Shown here: one piece after another, positions 26,760-38,822 of the stretch
Position numbering within the stretch: the first letter of the stretch is position 1
How the letters are laid out: each line of letters starts with the position of its first letter
Assembly: GCA_050084515.1 (NCBI GenBank)
Contig: CM114271.1
Coordinates: 37,448,001-37,512,000 of the forward strand
Length of the DNA: 64,000 nucleotides
Origin: Blasia pusilla
Lineage: Eukaryota
Direction: 5' to 3'
Position numbers and translations under genes: made by a program
Notes under the pieces: model-generated
What the model saw: the letters and a program-made list of their open reading frames with translations, nothing else
Databases searched by the model: none
Told to the model about the DNA's origin: nothing

Positions 26760-27029
26760 CCGCCCTAATGCCGTCAAGAACGGACTTCGTCCATCCCTCC
26801 CCGTCCTCCCTGACTTTCCATCCCGTCCGTCTCCCACCGTCTACGGCGCGTCGTCCGTCTCTGGAAGGCGTCCGTCACGACCTCTCCATCTCGGGGCTCT
26901 TGAACATTTTGACATAAATGATCATCAACTCTATTGCATTTGGGCAAGGAAACGTGGTCCGACCTCCATTCTGGGGTAGGCGCTACCCTACCGGCATTGA
27001 ATGCCTTTCTGGGATGAACTATGGCCTTC
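26760..27029 (-). repeat. Right TIR of the MULE
   Basis: Inverted copy of 14411-14655 with a ~40-bp insertion at about 26905-26948. Confidence 0.85.
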
Positions 27030-29170
27030 GCATGAGAACAAAGATAACTCATATTCACGCCAACAAGTTCTACTTCTAGAAAATGCGTAAGACTATCTGA
27101 TGGCAGCGAATGTAGAATGCAAGTGGCACCTTTTGCATTGCTGTGTTTGAGAAACACGACGTGGTTACCGAATACATATTTTTTTGTTTTGTGTAGCTTG
27201 AAGTGTACCTACCTTCATTTTCTAGCAGCCGATTTGTGCTGGAGAACCAAGGTGCTCCTTAATTATATTGTGTTTCTTGGTTGACTCACCACTGATTACA
27301 TGTGCAGATTGGGCTGCATGTGTGTAAGAGTGAATCGAGCATCTTCATTCGGGAGTGAAATTGTGGTATGTGGGGATGAAATGAAATGAAACAACGGCGA
27401 GGCGAACAATTATTCTTTATGCATGTTGGCAGCGGCAACATTTTGCAGTCAGAACTAGTCAGAAGATGCAGCAGGTGTGTGTGCGCGCAATTGAACCACT
27501 ATCCCGTGAGGGTGTCCAAATCTCCGAGAGCATTGTACCAGTTGGTTTAACATGTAGCCTTATCACACTTGGCGTATTCTCGAGGTTTAGTGACTTTGCA
27601 CGATCCGGCTTAGCCTTGTTTTCTTTTCTACCTCTATTAAGTATAGCTCAGTTTAGTGCGACCGGCTTGTTCTCCAACTAGGGCAGAAAATTTGTGCTAA
27701 GGTAAGGGCCGATTGTCCATTGTGTTTGCTCACGTTGCAACAACATAATTCTGTAACTCAGTCTTCAATAATTTGGACCAACCAATCCCCCTAAGTGGCT
27801 TGTCTAAGCCACAGTACGTTAATTATTTTCTTATAGTGCATCATAAATGGTTCCTTAGTTCAAATCTGAAATATGGCCAAACACACATCACAATTAATAT
27901 CTTGTTAATAGACTTAAGCAGATAGAAGGAAGAGGATCTCCCCCCAGAGGTACGCTTGGAATTCTCGAGGGGAATCCCATATTTTTCATTTTCCACCACG
28001 GGCCTTTTCTTTTGGTCCGCAACCCAAACATGGTTTGTGACTTGCGTTTAAATAGTTACCCATCAAGATGGCTTGGGGGAGTCTTCCTACACATTGTTAA
28101 ACTCCCAAATCCCAAAATGCATCTTAGAGCTTGGATGTGCATTTTTTGTCTCATGGCTAGAGCCCAACTTAGCTCTTCTTATATGGCATCTCATGTTTGG
28201 CTCTCATCTTGGAAGTTGGCTCGAGGATCTTACACCTTTCTTGCCTTGCCTTCATCCACATGAATGCATTGTGAATAGCTAAGTGTATGGCCTAAGGTTA
28301 CATGTGGAAAAATTACGTGTCCGCGGACATGTCTATATCCATGGACTTACATCCGTCCTATGGAAGGACTTTTCCATATATGTTCCACCTTCCCCTTCTT
28401 TCTTATTCCCTCCCACTTGCCTTCGTGATTCATACTCTCTTGTTTCTTCCTCCCTCCACCTTTGTTTATTGCCCCAGTTGCCTCTTTTGGGATGCGCATA
28501 TGAAGATGGAACACATAATTAATATAGTTTTGTCATTCTGACCCATCATACATGGCCTATTCAAGACCAAGTCAACTTGGTCTTAAAAGAGTAGACTTAA
28601 TACAATTGAAGCTCATTTGTAGGCTTGTTTAGAATACATTTGTTAAAAAAAAAGAGATCACAAGATCTCACATTGTTAGTTCACCATCACTGATCTACAT
28701 TTCTTTTGGAGAGTGTCCCTTGGATTTTCAAACAACTATGGTATCCAAATCTGACATTTATAGTCAATTTTGAGTCAACTTAGAGATGGGCGTGGAATCC
28801 GTGTGGCTACTAATGGGTATTAAATTACACATTGTTACCTACTTGTGTGATAAAATTCAACGGTAACAATATCCGTTCTATACAGAAACATAGAGTGACG
28901 TTGATCTTAATCTAGGTATTTTCTGTGAATTGCCTAGCCCCTCTTTTGACACTTCACAAAATTATTTGAACAATTGTGTGGATGAAAATTCACATGGAGG
29001 TAAGTTGAAGTGTAAATAGTTTTGGTGCTTCATTTCTCATAGAACCTTTTTCTTTTTATCCTCCTACTTATAGTAACCCATATATGTTTCATTGAGAGTG
29101 CCCTTTTATACGTGGAATCAGTTCAATTGGGAGCCTCTCAATGAGAACTAGCGCTCTTATAATGATAATA

Positions 29171-29385
29171 CTAGTAAGGCGGCTGTGCAATGCACGGGAA
29201 ATAAAAAAGTGTTCGAAAAGCTAGTGTATAGCCCGTGAAGGGAAGAGATTAATGATGGTCTACATAAATTCAAATTTTTTTCTTGCTACCCGTAACATGT
29301 GAAACATTTCCTTGCTGCCAGTTGCCACGTGTCAAGCAGAGAGGTGTTAACAAATCAAGAAGACACTCTCCCATTATAATATAGA
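29171..29385 (-). mobile_element. Non-autonomous mini-Helitron (215 bp)
   Basis: On the minus strand the 5' end is A|TCTATATTATAATGG and the 3' end is a CCCGTGCATTGCACAG hairpin followed by CCGCCTTACTAG|T. It is inserted between A and T with no TSD. Confidence 0.75.
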
Positions 29386-30664
29386 TGAAGATGCCAAGCA
29401 AATTCCAAATTTTTTTTTATATTATGAAAACATTTTCTTTTTGGTTGTCATATGTGAAAAATGTTTATTACGACCTTTAAAAATCTGTCTTTTTTTCAAT
29501 AAAACTATCCACATGTCCTCCAACACGTGTTTGGTGATTTAATAATATTTCTCCCTTCAAGACCCCGCCCATTGTTAATCAAGAAAAAACTCTCCCAATA
29601 TGAAAAATAAATTCATCCCCATCACTAGATGAATAATATCCGCACACATTCGCCAAACTAGTTTTAAACTGACAAGAAAATGTGCATGCATTCGGACCAA
29701 GGGGTCGAAGCCGCATAAACCCCGCCGGACTATAAATACCAGGTAGCAAGACGGACTGACGGACAACCGGACGGACAATCGGAGCCTCTCTCAATCCTCA
29801 CAATTCGCGGGTCATTTTTCTCGTGCGCTCACGGAACCGGCATCGTTTGAAGCTCCTTGCTTATTTGTCTGTCGGTCGGTCGTTCTGGCTGCCTGCCCCA
29901 TCCGATCAGATTCGTTCATCACTGTGCGTGCGAGCTCAAGGGCATCGTCGGCGCTGGCACCCGTTCCCTTTTACCGTCCCATCAGGCCACGGTTGGCCAC
30001 CGGTGGACATATAAATTGTTGATTGCGCTTTTTACGGTAGGTGTAAACTCCGTGTATTGTAAATTTAGGGATTGCCTTGTTTTGAGGTGCTGTCAGAGTA
30101 GTTTCCACGGGACTATTCGCTCATGTCAGCGTACAGGTGAGAGTGAAAGTGAACAAGTGAGTAGCGAGAGAGAGGGAGAGGTGAAATTTATGGTATTTTC
30201 TCATTGATTGTGATGTGGATGAGCCCCATGGCACTAAGTGAGGGATGCATAAACTTTTAAAGGCGCACTTGGAATTTTGAGGAAGTCGCAGCAATCGAGG
30301 GCTTTCCGGGGTGGAGTTGTGTGTGCACTCGACGGAGTGAGTGTCAGTTTAGGGTCGATCTGTACGAATTGGACATTTTGAACCTTTAGATTCGGTGATG
30401 AGCGAAACGAATTGCGGGGACGATCGGAGTTTAGGATGATTTGCAAGATTGGTCATGAGGTTTATCAGGGGTTGAATCCCGGCGTTTAAACAATCCCCAA
30501 CAGGATGCAGACTGTATGCTAGTAACTTCGTAAACGTTTCTTTCCAGTCTCGCACATATGTCACGTAAGAGAAGGTCAACGGATGGTAGGCCATCTGTAG
30601 AGGTGTAATTTTGCTTTGGAGGGGTTTCGCTTGTTCTCACTACATCCATCATCGTTCTTGCAGT

Positions 30665-33600
30665 ATGGAGAATAAGCAAAAGCTTTTGATTCTGTATGCA
30701 ACGGAGACAAGGAACGCCCAAGATGTAGCTGAGCGCATTGCGCGTGAAGCTGAGCGGCGTCATTATGGTCCTGTTTTGAAGTCCACTAGTTCCTATGAAC
30801 CAGTAAGGGCCTGTCACTTTTTCTTGGCGTCTATCTGATAATTTTTCAGCGTCCTCGGCGTCTTTCTAAAAGAATCCTGGCTAAGCCTAGAGTATGGGCA
30901 AACTGTTCATCAATTGAGAAAAGTGTTTAATAGTTCGGAGCACATGCTGCCTGCTAGACAATAATGGAGAGGACACGAGAAGAATCCAAAGTTCAGACTA
31001 CCTTCCGGCAGCTAGTTGCCTGCTTAGCTGAAACAATTTGGAGAGACTTGGAAAATTGCGTCGGAGCTTTGACTGGTTACTTGATGGGACTAGGTTTCAG
31101 CTCAAATCGTGCATCCAATGTTCTGCAGTAGGCAGGACATTGGATGCACGATCCAAATTCAATGTGGTTTTTGTGGCATCTAGGCAATGTCCTGTAGTAG
31201 GCACCACAGTTATGTCCACTGACCAATTTTTTCGTCTTTTCTAATGCAGACTGCCATGCCGATGGAAGAGAATGTGGTTTTTGTGGCATCTACGTGCGGT
31301 CAGGGTGATCCTCCGGCGGCATTTAAGGTAGAGGATGAGATGGATAGAGATTTCGGCAGGATTGTTTGACTTCAATCTAATTATTCTTTGTGCACTTGGT
31401 TCTACATAAAGTCATGACTGAAGGCTTAAATACATGCAGAATTTCTGGAGATATCTGCTTCGGAAAAGCCTTGGTCAAGGTTGGCTCCAAGGAGTCCATT
31501 TTGCTGTATTTGGCCTTGGAGACTCAGGCTACCAGAAGTACAATGTAAGTCTTCATATGAGGCAGGCTTTAGGATGAGTGCCAAGCTGTCATTTTAATAA
31601 TGTTTAGTGAAGAATCCAGTCATGATGTGAGTTTTTTTCTTGTTCTTGATCGTGTTGGGCTGGAACTAGGTGATTATGGAAGCTGTTGATGACTAGCAAC
31701 ATTACTAGATGTCTGGAGGAAATTCTGTATTTAAACAGACCTGCAGTAAACAAAAGTTGGTGAAATTGTAGAACTTGGGAGGCAATCTATCTCCTGGTTA
31801 TGATGGAGCTAGGAATACGTGACTGTAGAACTATGTAGAGAACCATTTTCTCATCAGAAGGAGGAAGCAAAGTGATCCATTTCATCTCAACTACTTATTC
31901 CAAGATGACCAAGGGTAGTGAAAGCTTATGGATAACTATCACTTCAACAATAATATTCAGCATGAAGTGTTTGAGGTGTGTGGAGGCATTTAAGCTGTTA
32001 GTATGCCGTCATCTTCTCCAAGACGGATCTTGATCATTCACAAACGCTTTAGCTCACTCACATGGTGAGATTTGTGGAGACATTTAAGATATGACAAAGA
32101 GCTGTTAGTATCCCAGCATCTTCTCTGAGACAGATCTTGGTCATCCACAAATGCTTTAAGCTCCCTCACATGGAACACATCATGTACTCACTTCATTTCC
32201 AGCGAAAATATAACTTAGATCTTTGAATTTGATAGACCCACGTGATGGATGATCCTGATGTATTTTCCATGTATTCTCTTGCAGGTGGTGGCAAAGAAAC
32301 TCGACCGTCGACTCTCAGATCTTGGTGGAACGGAAATCATTCCCAAGGGGCTTGGTGATGATCAGCATCGTTCAGGGTATGTTAAGATTTGATTGTATGA
32401 TCAAAACTCTTATGTGCTGCCCTTTTCCAATGAGATGAAGGTGCTTGGTTGCTTCAAGGAATAGAAAGATTTAAAGTATGGATGTTTCTTAGTGTTTGGG
32501 ACTTCTGAAGTGCAACTGGTGCTCAACCTGGAATGCAAGAAGTGCTGGTGAAATTGCACCTATATAAATCTCTCCAACTAAAGTTGGTGAATGAGACTCA
32601 TTATCCAATGTTGGATATGCTGTAGCCCCAACAAGTCATGATTCACTATACCTATGAATGGTGTTGATTTCCTTGTGTAGGTATGAAGCTGCTCTGGATC
32701 CTTGGCTGGTAAAACTGTGGTCAGCATTGAGAGAAAGAATCCCACTTCCGTGTGGGCTTTCTGATCCTGACAGTAATGACTTGAGCAGCACTCTCCTGGA
32801 TCGCCCTAAATTCAGTGTTACTTTCCATGATTCATCAGTGGGTGTATCAAGGATAGCCACGGACCATGATGGTAGTTTTGAATTTTCTGACTATCTAAGA
32901 CTTGTGCTGCACGTCCTTTTTCTTAACTTCAGTTGCCTTGGTACTTTGTGTTTCTTCCAGCCTAGACTGGAAGAATTTGCCTGTACTTTAAGTAAACAAT
33001 CTTTAATTCAGGAGTCTTCTGTTTAGGATTTCATAATCGTCTCTGATGGAGGGGTAGAGTTAAGGAGTTAGATTATTTGACAAGGTCTCTAAATATAGGC
33101 TATTCTTGTGTGGGCCTTTGTAGCAGAATGTTGCTCCCTATCTCAGTCAGACAGCACATTGTTTCAGAAACTCTCTGGTACTGTGAATGTGAGATAGAGT
33201 GGTTTGTTAAGGGTTCATTGACTCTGACACAAGTAAACTTACAGAGTTAAACCACATTACAATCACTCTCAATGATGCTGTATGGGTCACTTAGTATTGA
33301 CATTTCAAAATTAATGCACTTGTACATGTCCCAGTTTGTATCTTCAGTATGATCGCCGTGTAAAATGAAATAAGATCATGATATATATGTCTCGAATTAA
33401 ACTGAAGTGGCCAGGTCCCAAGAGCCTGCCTTTTAAAAGACTTCAATTTTTCTATCTTGTTTTGGTATAGTTCTATGGTTTTGTTTTTCTATCCCTTATC
33501 TGACCAATGGTGGTGCCATCCCTGTGTGCTAGCCCTTCGCTTTACTCAAGAGAAATGGTCTGAATACCAGAAAGCACGGGTTATGTTGGATTCTGCCGCT

Positions 33601-36155
33601 GGAGATGTATCCACAACGATTGAGCCCAAGAGTCCAGGTTATGGACCTGATCAGCCAATTTTTGCTAAAATGGTCAGTTTGGGTTTTCTGTCACGAGGTT
33701 GCAGGCCACTTTCTCAAGACCTTGTGGCCTTGAAGATATTGGTGAAATATATTTTTTAAATGCAAGTTATTCTTTCAACTTTGAATATGACCATTTCTTA
33801 CTCCAGATGCTTGAATTGAAAGGGTTGCTGTCATGCTGGCATTCCAGGTCACCAATGAACGATTGACAACAACCGACCATGAGCAAAATGTTCATCACAT
33901 CGAATTCGAATTGGGTGCAGATGTGAGTTGCAGAGGTTACGAGTCTCTCTAATATTTTTTGATGATCCAAAATTTTTGAAGTTAAAGCTCACTTCAAACT
34001 TCTTCTCATTTTTTTGAATCATCACCGCATCAGGAACTTCTAGACAATTCTCTGGTCCTGATAATGCCAAGCAAATTTGTGATTTTGTTCCAGGAACTGA
34101 AATATGCACCAGGAGATGTCCTGACACTAGTACCATGTCAAAATTCAGATAATGTTGATGTGTTCCTCAATCGGCTACATCTTGATAGTGATGCTTACAT
34201 ATCAGTGAGTTATTCATGTAATCCCCTCTTAGAATTTGATATCTATGGGATCTTCCAAGGGACATATCCCATATCAATAAGGTAGTTCCTAAGTACTCTT
34301 TAAAGTGCTATCTAAGCTTTATGTCATTGGTATGTATGTCCTCACTTGCTTTGGTTTCATTGCACAGTTATGCCAGTTACTATTGCCACTTCGGTTCTTC
34401 CAATCAGATTCATATGGTGACTCTATCTACACTTGATAATCATGTATGTAGGTGGAGGCTTCACAATCAAAGCCAGTGTGCATCTGGAATGATCCCCAAA
34501 TGCTGCAATTAGGCCCTGTTAAAATCAAGTCTCTTATTGAAGGTGTTTTAGATGTGTCTTCAGCATCTCCAAGACGATACTTTTTTGAGGTTAGTACTTT
34601 CTGCTGTTGTAGCCTTGTGTACTGATTTTGCTTTGTTACTATTTTGGACCAATGCCTCTTGAGGTATTATGCAACTCTTCAAGAATTTTACTGCATTTTC
34701 TGTCACTGATGTTCGAGAAAATTTGTTGAGTGAAAATATGCATACAACTTTCATCATGGTGACAGGTGATGAGCCATTTTGCCACGGCTGAACATGAGAA
34801 AGAGAGGCTGCAATATTTTGCAACTTCGGAGGGTAGGGATGATCTTTATCAGTACAATCAGAGGGAACGCCGGTCAGTCCTTGAGGTACACTTGTCATGT
34901 GAAGCTTAAAGCTCAAATTCTCAAGGCAAGCAGATTCTTTAGTTGTGGACAAATTTATTTTATCAAGTAGAAAGACGAGTTTATTGTGTCCCCTAGCTTT
35001 AAGCAAGTGATGTCGCTGGCATTTCGACCACCTGGTGGACCTTTCAGTATAGTCTGTGTGATCTGAGTAAGTTTTGAGTTGAGCAAGCAATAGTCATGGT
35101 TGGAAGAGGCTAGAAGTTTTAGACGCAAAAGTGGTGAGTACTACAGTGAGTAGCAGCATGGGGGGATTTGATCCTAGCAAACATGTTTAGCTTACTGTGC
35201 ATCATTGTTTTCAGGTGCTTCTAGACTTCCCTTCAGTTCAGTTGCCTTTGGAGTGGGTTCTTCAGCTGGTTCCAAGACTCAAACCGAGATCATTTTCCAT
35301 TGCTTCTTCTTTGCGTGCACACCCTAATCAGGCACATGTTACTGTGGCTGTGGTGGAGTGGGTCACTCCATTCAAACGCAGAAGGCAGGGATTGTGTTCA
35401 ACATGGTTATCTCAACTTGATCCCAATTCAGGTATGAAGTTGGATTGTCCATGGTGTTTTTTTGTGGTGGGAATTTTGACTAGGGTGCAGACTACTTTGG
35501 ACTCGTTGACAATACTTACTAGCATGGTGTGTCACTTCATTAAGGTATTTTGTATACTAAAAGGATTAGAGGATGGTTTCGTTAGAATATGCAATCCTGA
35601 AAAGATAGATCTTCATGTGCAGGTGACATTTTTGTTCCAGTGTGGATCAATCAGGGAGCTTTGAAATTACCCCCTCCAGCTGTCCCCCTTATTCTGGTAG
35701 GACCAGGAACAGGCTGTGCTCCATTCCGAGCTTTCATTGAGGACAGAGTTGCTGTATCGAAAAGTGAAAAAGTTGCACCTATTGTATTCTTCTTTGGTTG
35801 TCGCCACGAGGAGAAGGATTACCTGTATAAGGAGTTTTGGCTGTCTTGCACCACGAGGGAAAATGTGATGTCCTTGGAAAGAGGAGGAGGTCTGTTTGTG
35901 GCCTTTTCACGAGACCAAGCTCAAAAGATATATGTCCAACACAGGATTCGTGAGAACAGCAAATTGGTTTGGAAGCTTCTGCAGTCAGGAGCAGTTATCT
36001 TCATATCTGGGTCAGCAAACAAAATGCCTGCTCAGGTCACCTCGGCCTTTGAAGAAGTTATCGCAATAGAAGCTGGTATATCCCCAGAATTAGCTAGACG
36101 ATTTTTGAAGCAGCTGGAACTGAAGGGTCGCTTCAGTGTGGAGGCGTGGTCATAG
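30665..36155 (+). CDS. NDOR1: NADPH-dependent diflavin oxidoreductase 1 (NDOR1/ATR3/TAH18), 12 exons
   Basis: Exons 30665-30802, 31250-31327, 31440-31544, 32285-32376, 32681-32871, 33533-33672, 33848-33922, 34094-34204, 34452-34589, 34766-34885, 35215-35431 and 35623-36155. Flavodoxin motifs FVASTCGQGDPP, FGLGDSGYQKYN and GLGDDQH; FAD/NADPH motifs LKPRSFSIASS, GPGTGCAPFR and FFGCR; C-terminal EAWS. Confidence 0.95.
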
Positions 36156-37327
36156 ATCACATGGACTATCAACCTATTCTTTGAGTCTTAATAGCGGCTC
36201 CTCATCTTTTTTCTATCATGAGAAACTTAGCATTGTACACAACAATATCCTAAAGATTATACACCTAAAGATTGTACACAACAATTACCTAGACAAAATT
36301 GTAGGAAATTGCACACCTTACCTCGGACAGTCGATCTTTCAAAGTTAGGAAGATTGCAGTTATTTGGGTGGCACACAACAGAGATCCATACGGAGCAACG
36401 AAGCAATCAAAGAGTACATATAGTGCGTTAACCCTCAACGGGTTGAATTGTGCATTGAAATTATTTAGCGGACAAATAATAAATATCAGGGAAGATATTT
36501 GCGAGCTTTGCGGGATATTTTTGCAGAAATACATGTGTAACGGGGAGGAGATCGAATTTTGAACTCTTCCAGGCGGGATAATTCATGTGCGACGAAAGCT
36601 ACCAACTATCAACTGGTCAGTTGCACCGGATGGGTTACGATGCATTGTTTTTCAATCCGGGTTACGATGCATTGTTTTTCACTTGCTCCGATTATCAGTA
36701 TAAATGAGTTGTAATGGTGAAAACATCTTTTACTGGTAATTTGCAATTGTACAACCAAAATTTGCGTAAACCACCACTCGTACCAATTTCCTATCTGCTC
36801 TAGATTTTAATTTCAACTTCTACTCGATTTTAAGATTCTTTGCCGCCCTTCCAAGATACTCATGCCGTTGTTCCAGCCATGGAGACATCTATTGACGAAC
36901 TCCACGTTTAGCAAGGTGCTGGCTTTCATGCGATGAATCACCTTTACTTGCCGAGCACACCGAATGCATAGTGACTCGATAATCAGAGAAAACTACGAAA
37001 TGGTTCACTTCCCTCTCGCTTATCGGCGAAATTGGTAGGGTGGAGAAAAATAAATACCGCGTCTGCCTGGCACGGATGATGCGATTGAACTTCACCGCCA
37101 GGACCACCTGGAGAACTATCCAGTCAGGTACGCTCGAGGCTTGATCACAAGCTTAATAAAGTGGGGAATGCCACAAACATTCTGCAAAGCCTCTTCAGAC
37201 TACTTGTGAACAGCATGAAGCTCAAATAGGCCATTACTGATTGCACGATTGCCCGAGGTACCAGATCAGCCACCCGCAAAGTTGAAAGGAAGTCTGAAGA
37301 GTTCATACCGCAAGAAGAAGGCTGCTA

Positions 37328-38768
37328 CTAGTTGCCATTAATAGGAGCCTCAGGATGCCGCACTCTTCCTAGCCAAACGTAATACGGGACCTTGATCACC
37401 GGTACATAAGGAATATGACCGCTTAGATTTTCTTCATGGACTGCAGCCACAGCATCAGACGCAAATCGATTCATCCTGTCAGCAAGGTATCCCTATCTTG
37501 AAACACATTTGCAGGACTCGACAAACCAATACAGCGTTCATATCGCGGTTTGTGAGAAGAAAAGAACAAACCATCCTGCCAACACATTCAACATAGGACG
37601 AAGCGACACTCCGGTTCTGTGCCGGAAAGGTCCATAACGTTTCGTATGAACACGAATTTCGAAGCTGACAATCTAGGGATCTCTTCATTAGCCACTTTCC
37701 TTCAACCGCAATGCTGACATGGGTTTGGGCAACGAGATTATTGAGGGTGCACGCGACGGAAGGAGGGCACTGGTGAAATGAAGATCGGCCACTGATCCAT
37801 GAAGGTTCAGGTGTGCATCTCACTCGGCAGGTGAGAATTGGAAGCTTATGCTAGACAACGAGGAGGAAAGCTACGCACCGCGTTCAAGAGCATGATCAAG
37901 GTAGGATCGTCGCTCAGGCCCTAGATCGATGTTGTCCATGTCAAAGATGCACCTCCAAAACCAACGAGTTAAGTACCCGTGCTGGCGTTCTGGAGAATCG
38001 TACTTCATAGAAGTGTAAAAATCCGCTACACCAAGTACGCCAACAGTCGGATCTAAATATGATAGAGCTTTGTCAACGGCTGCCATGAAAGGTGGAATCA
38101 CTGCCATTTCAACAACAATCAGTTCAGTGAAGAGCCGCAATGACTTCATTAAGTCCAATGAACACGCATTACAGCGATCCGTGGCCAAGGTCCATCACGG
38201 CTCTTCGTCTACTAAGCGGGGTTCGGCGAATTTTGTGATGTAGAAGGACTGCGAGCTTACGAAGGCGCCACCAATTCTGCACCAGTGTAACGGCTGCAAT
38301 GCTGTAAGCTGTGTTTACTCTTTCCAGCTCACGAAGAATCCGAGGGGTTGAGGACTTACTTGAAAGAGAGTAAGAGAAGGTAATCAGGCTCGCAGGTTTA
38401 GTCTCGGGCTCAAAATCGCATACGTCTGCTTCGACGACCTCCACATTCTTCCACCCTCGTTGCTTTACCTTCCTCCGCGCAACATCACAAAGAGGACCGC
38501 AGATGTCCACCACATAAATCTTCTCGAACTTCGACAGATCGAAGTACTCTGCCATCATGTCCACGTTCTCTCCGGTACCACCTCCCAGGTCTACCCATAC
38601 GAGACCGGAAAGATCTTCCAGCTTGGCCACTGTCGTGGCGCAAGCCCTCAGCATACTCCTTCTACCATGTAAGAATCTTGCTCGAAAATGATCATCTGCC
38701 AAAATGCCACTCACCCTTCCGCTTTCAATTCAAGCGCGCGCTCGTTTGTGTATGTGGAGGGAGGGAGG

Positions 38769-38822
<54 letters not shown>

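Larger units (their letters stand above)
14411..27029 (+). mobile_element. Full-length Mutator-like (MULE) DNA transposon, ~12.6 kb, with cargo genes
   Basis: The left end GAAGGCCATAGTTTGTCCCGGAAAGGCAATCAATGCGCGTAGGGTAGCGCCTACC is the near reverse complement of the right end ...GGTAGGCGCTACCCTACCGGCATTGAATGCCTTTCTGGGATGAACTATGGCCTTC. Flanks TCAGGAGAAC (14401-14410) and GCATGAGAAC (27030-27039) match at 8/10, consistent with a 9-10-bp TSD. An internal MULE transposase is present. Confidence 0.9.

Noticed and set aside
26259-26837. 192-aa and 106-aa repetitive ORFs (LDSLLA / SESSA repeats)
   Set aside because: They are translations of the subterminal tandem array, open in several frames on both strands.
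27950-28560. Possible LINE 3' fragment on +
   Set aside because: Only a vague Trp-rich pattern; too decayed to support.
30708-30712. A-to-I editing restoring Gly (AGG to GGG) in NDOR1
   Set aside because: Plants lack ADAR-type nuclear mRNA editing; mutation or sequencing error is more parsimonious.
31578-31590. GTGCCAAGCTGT resembling part of bryophyte miR536
   Set aside because: Only about 12 nt match and there is no flanking hairpin.
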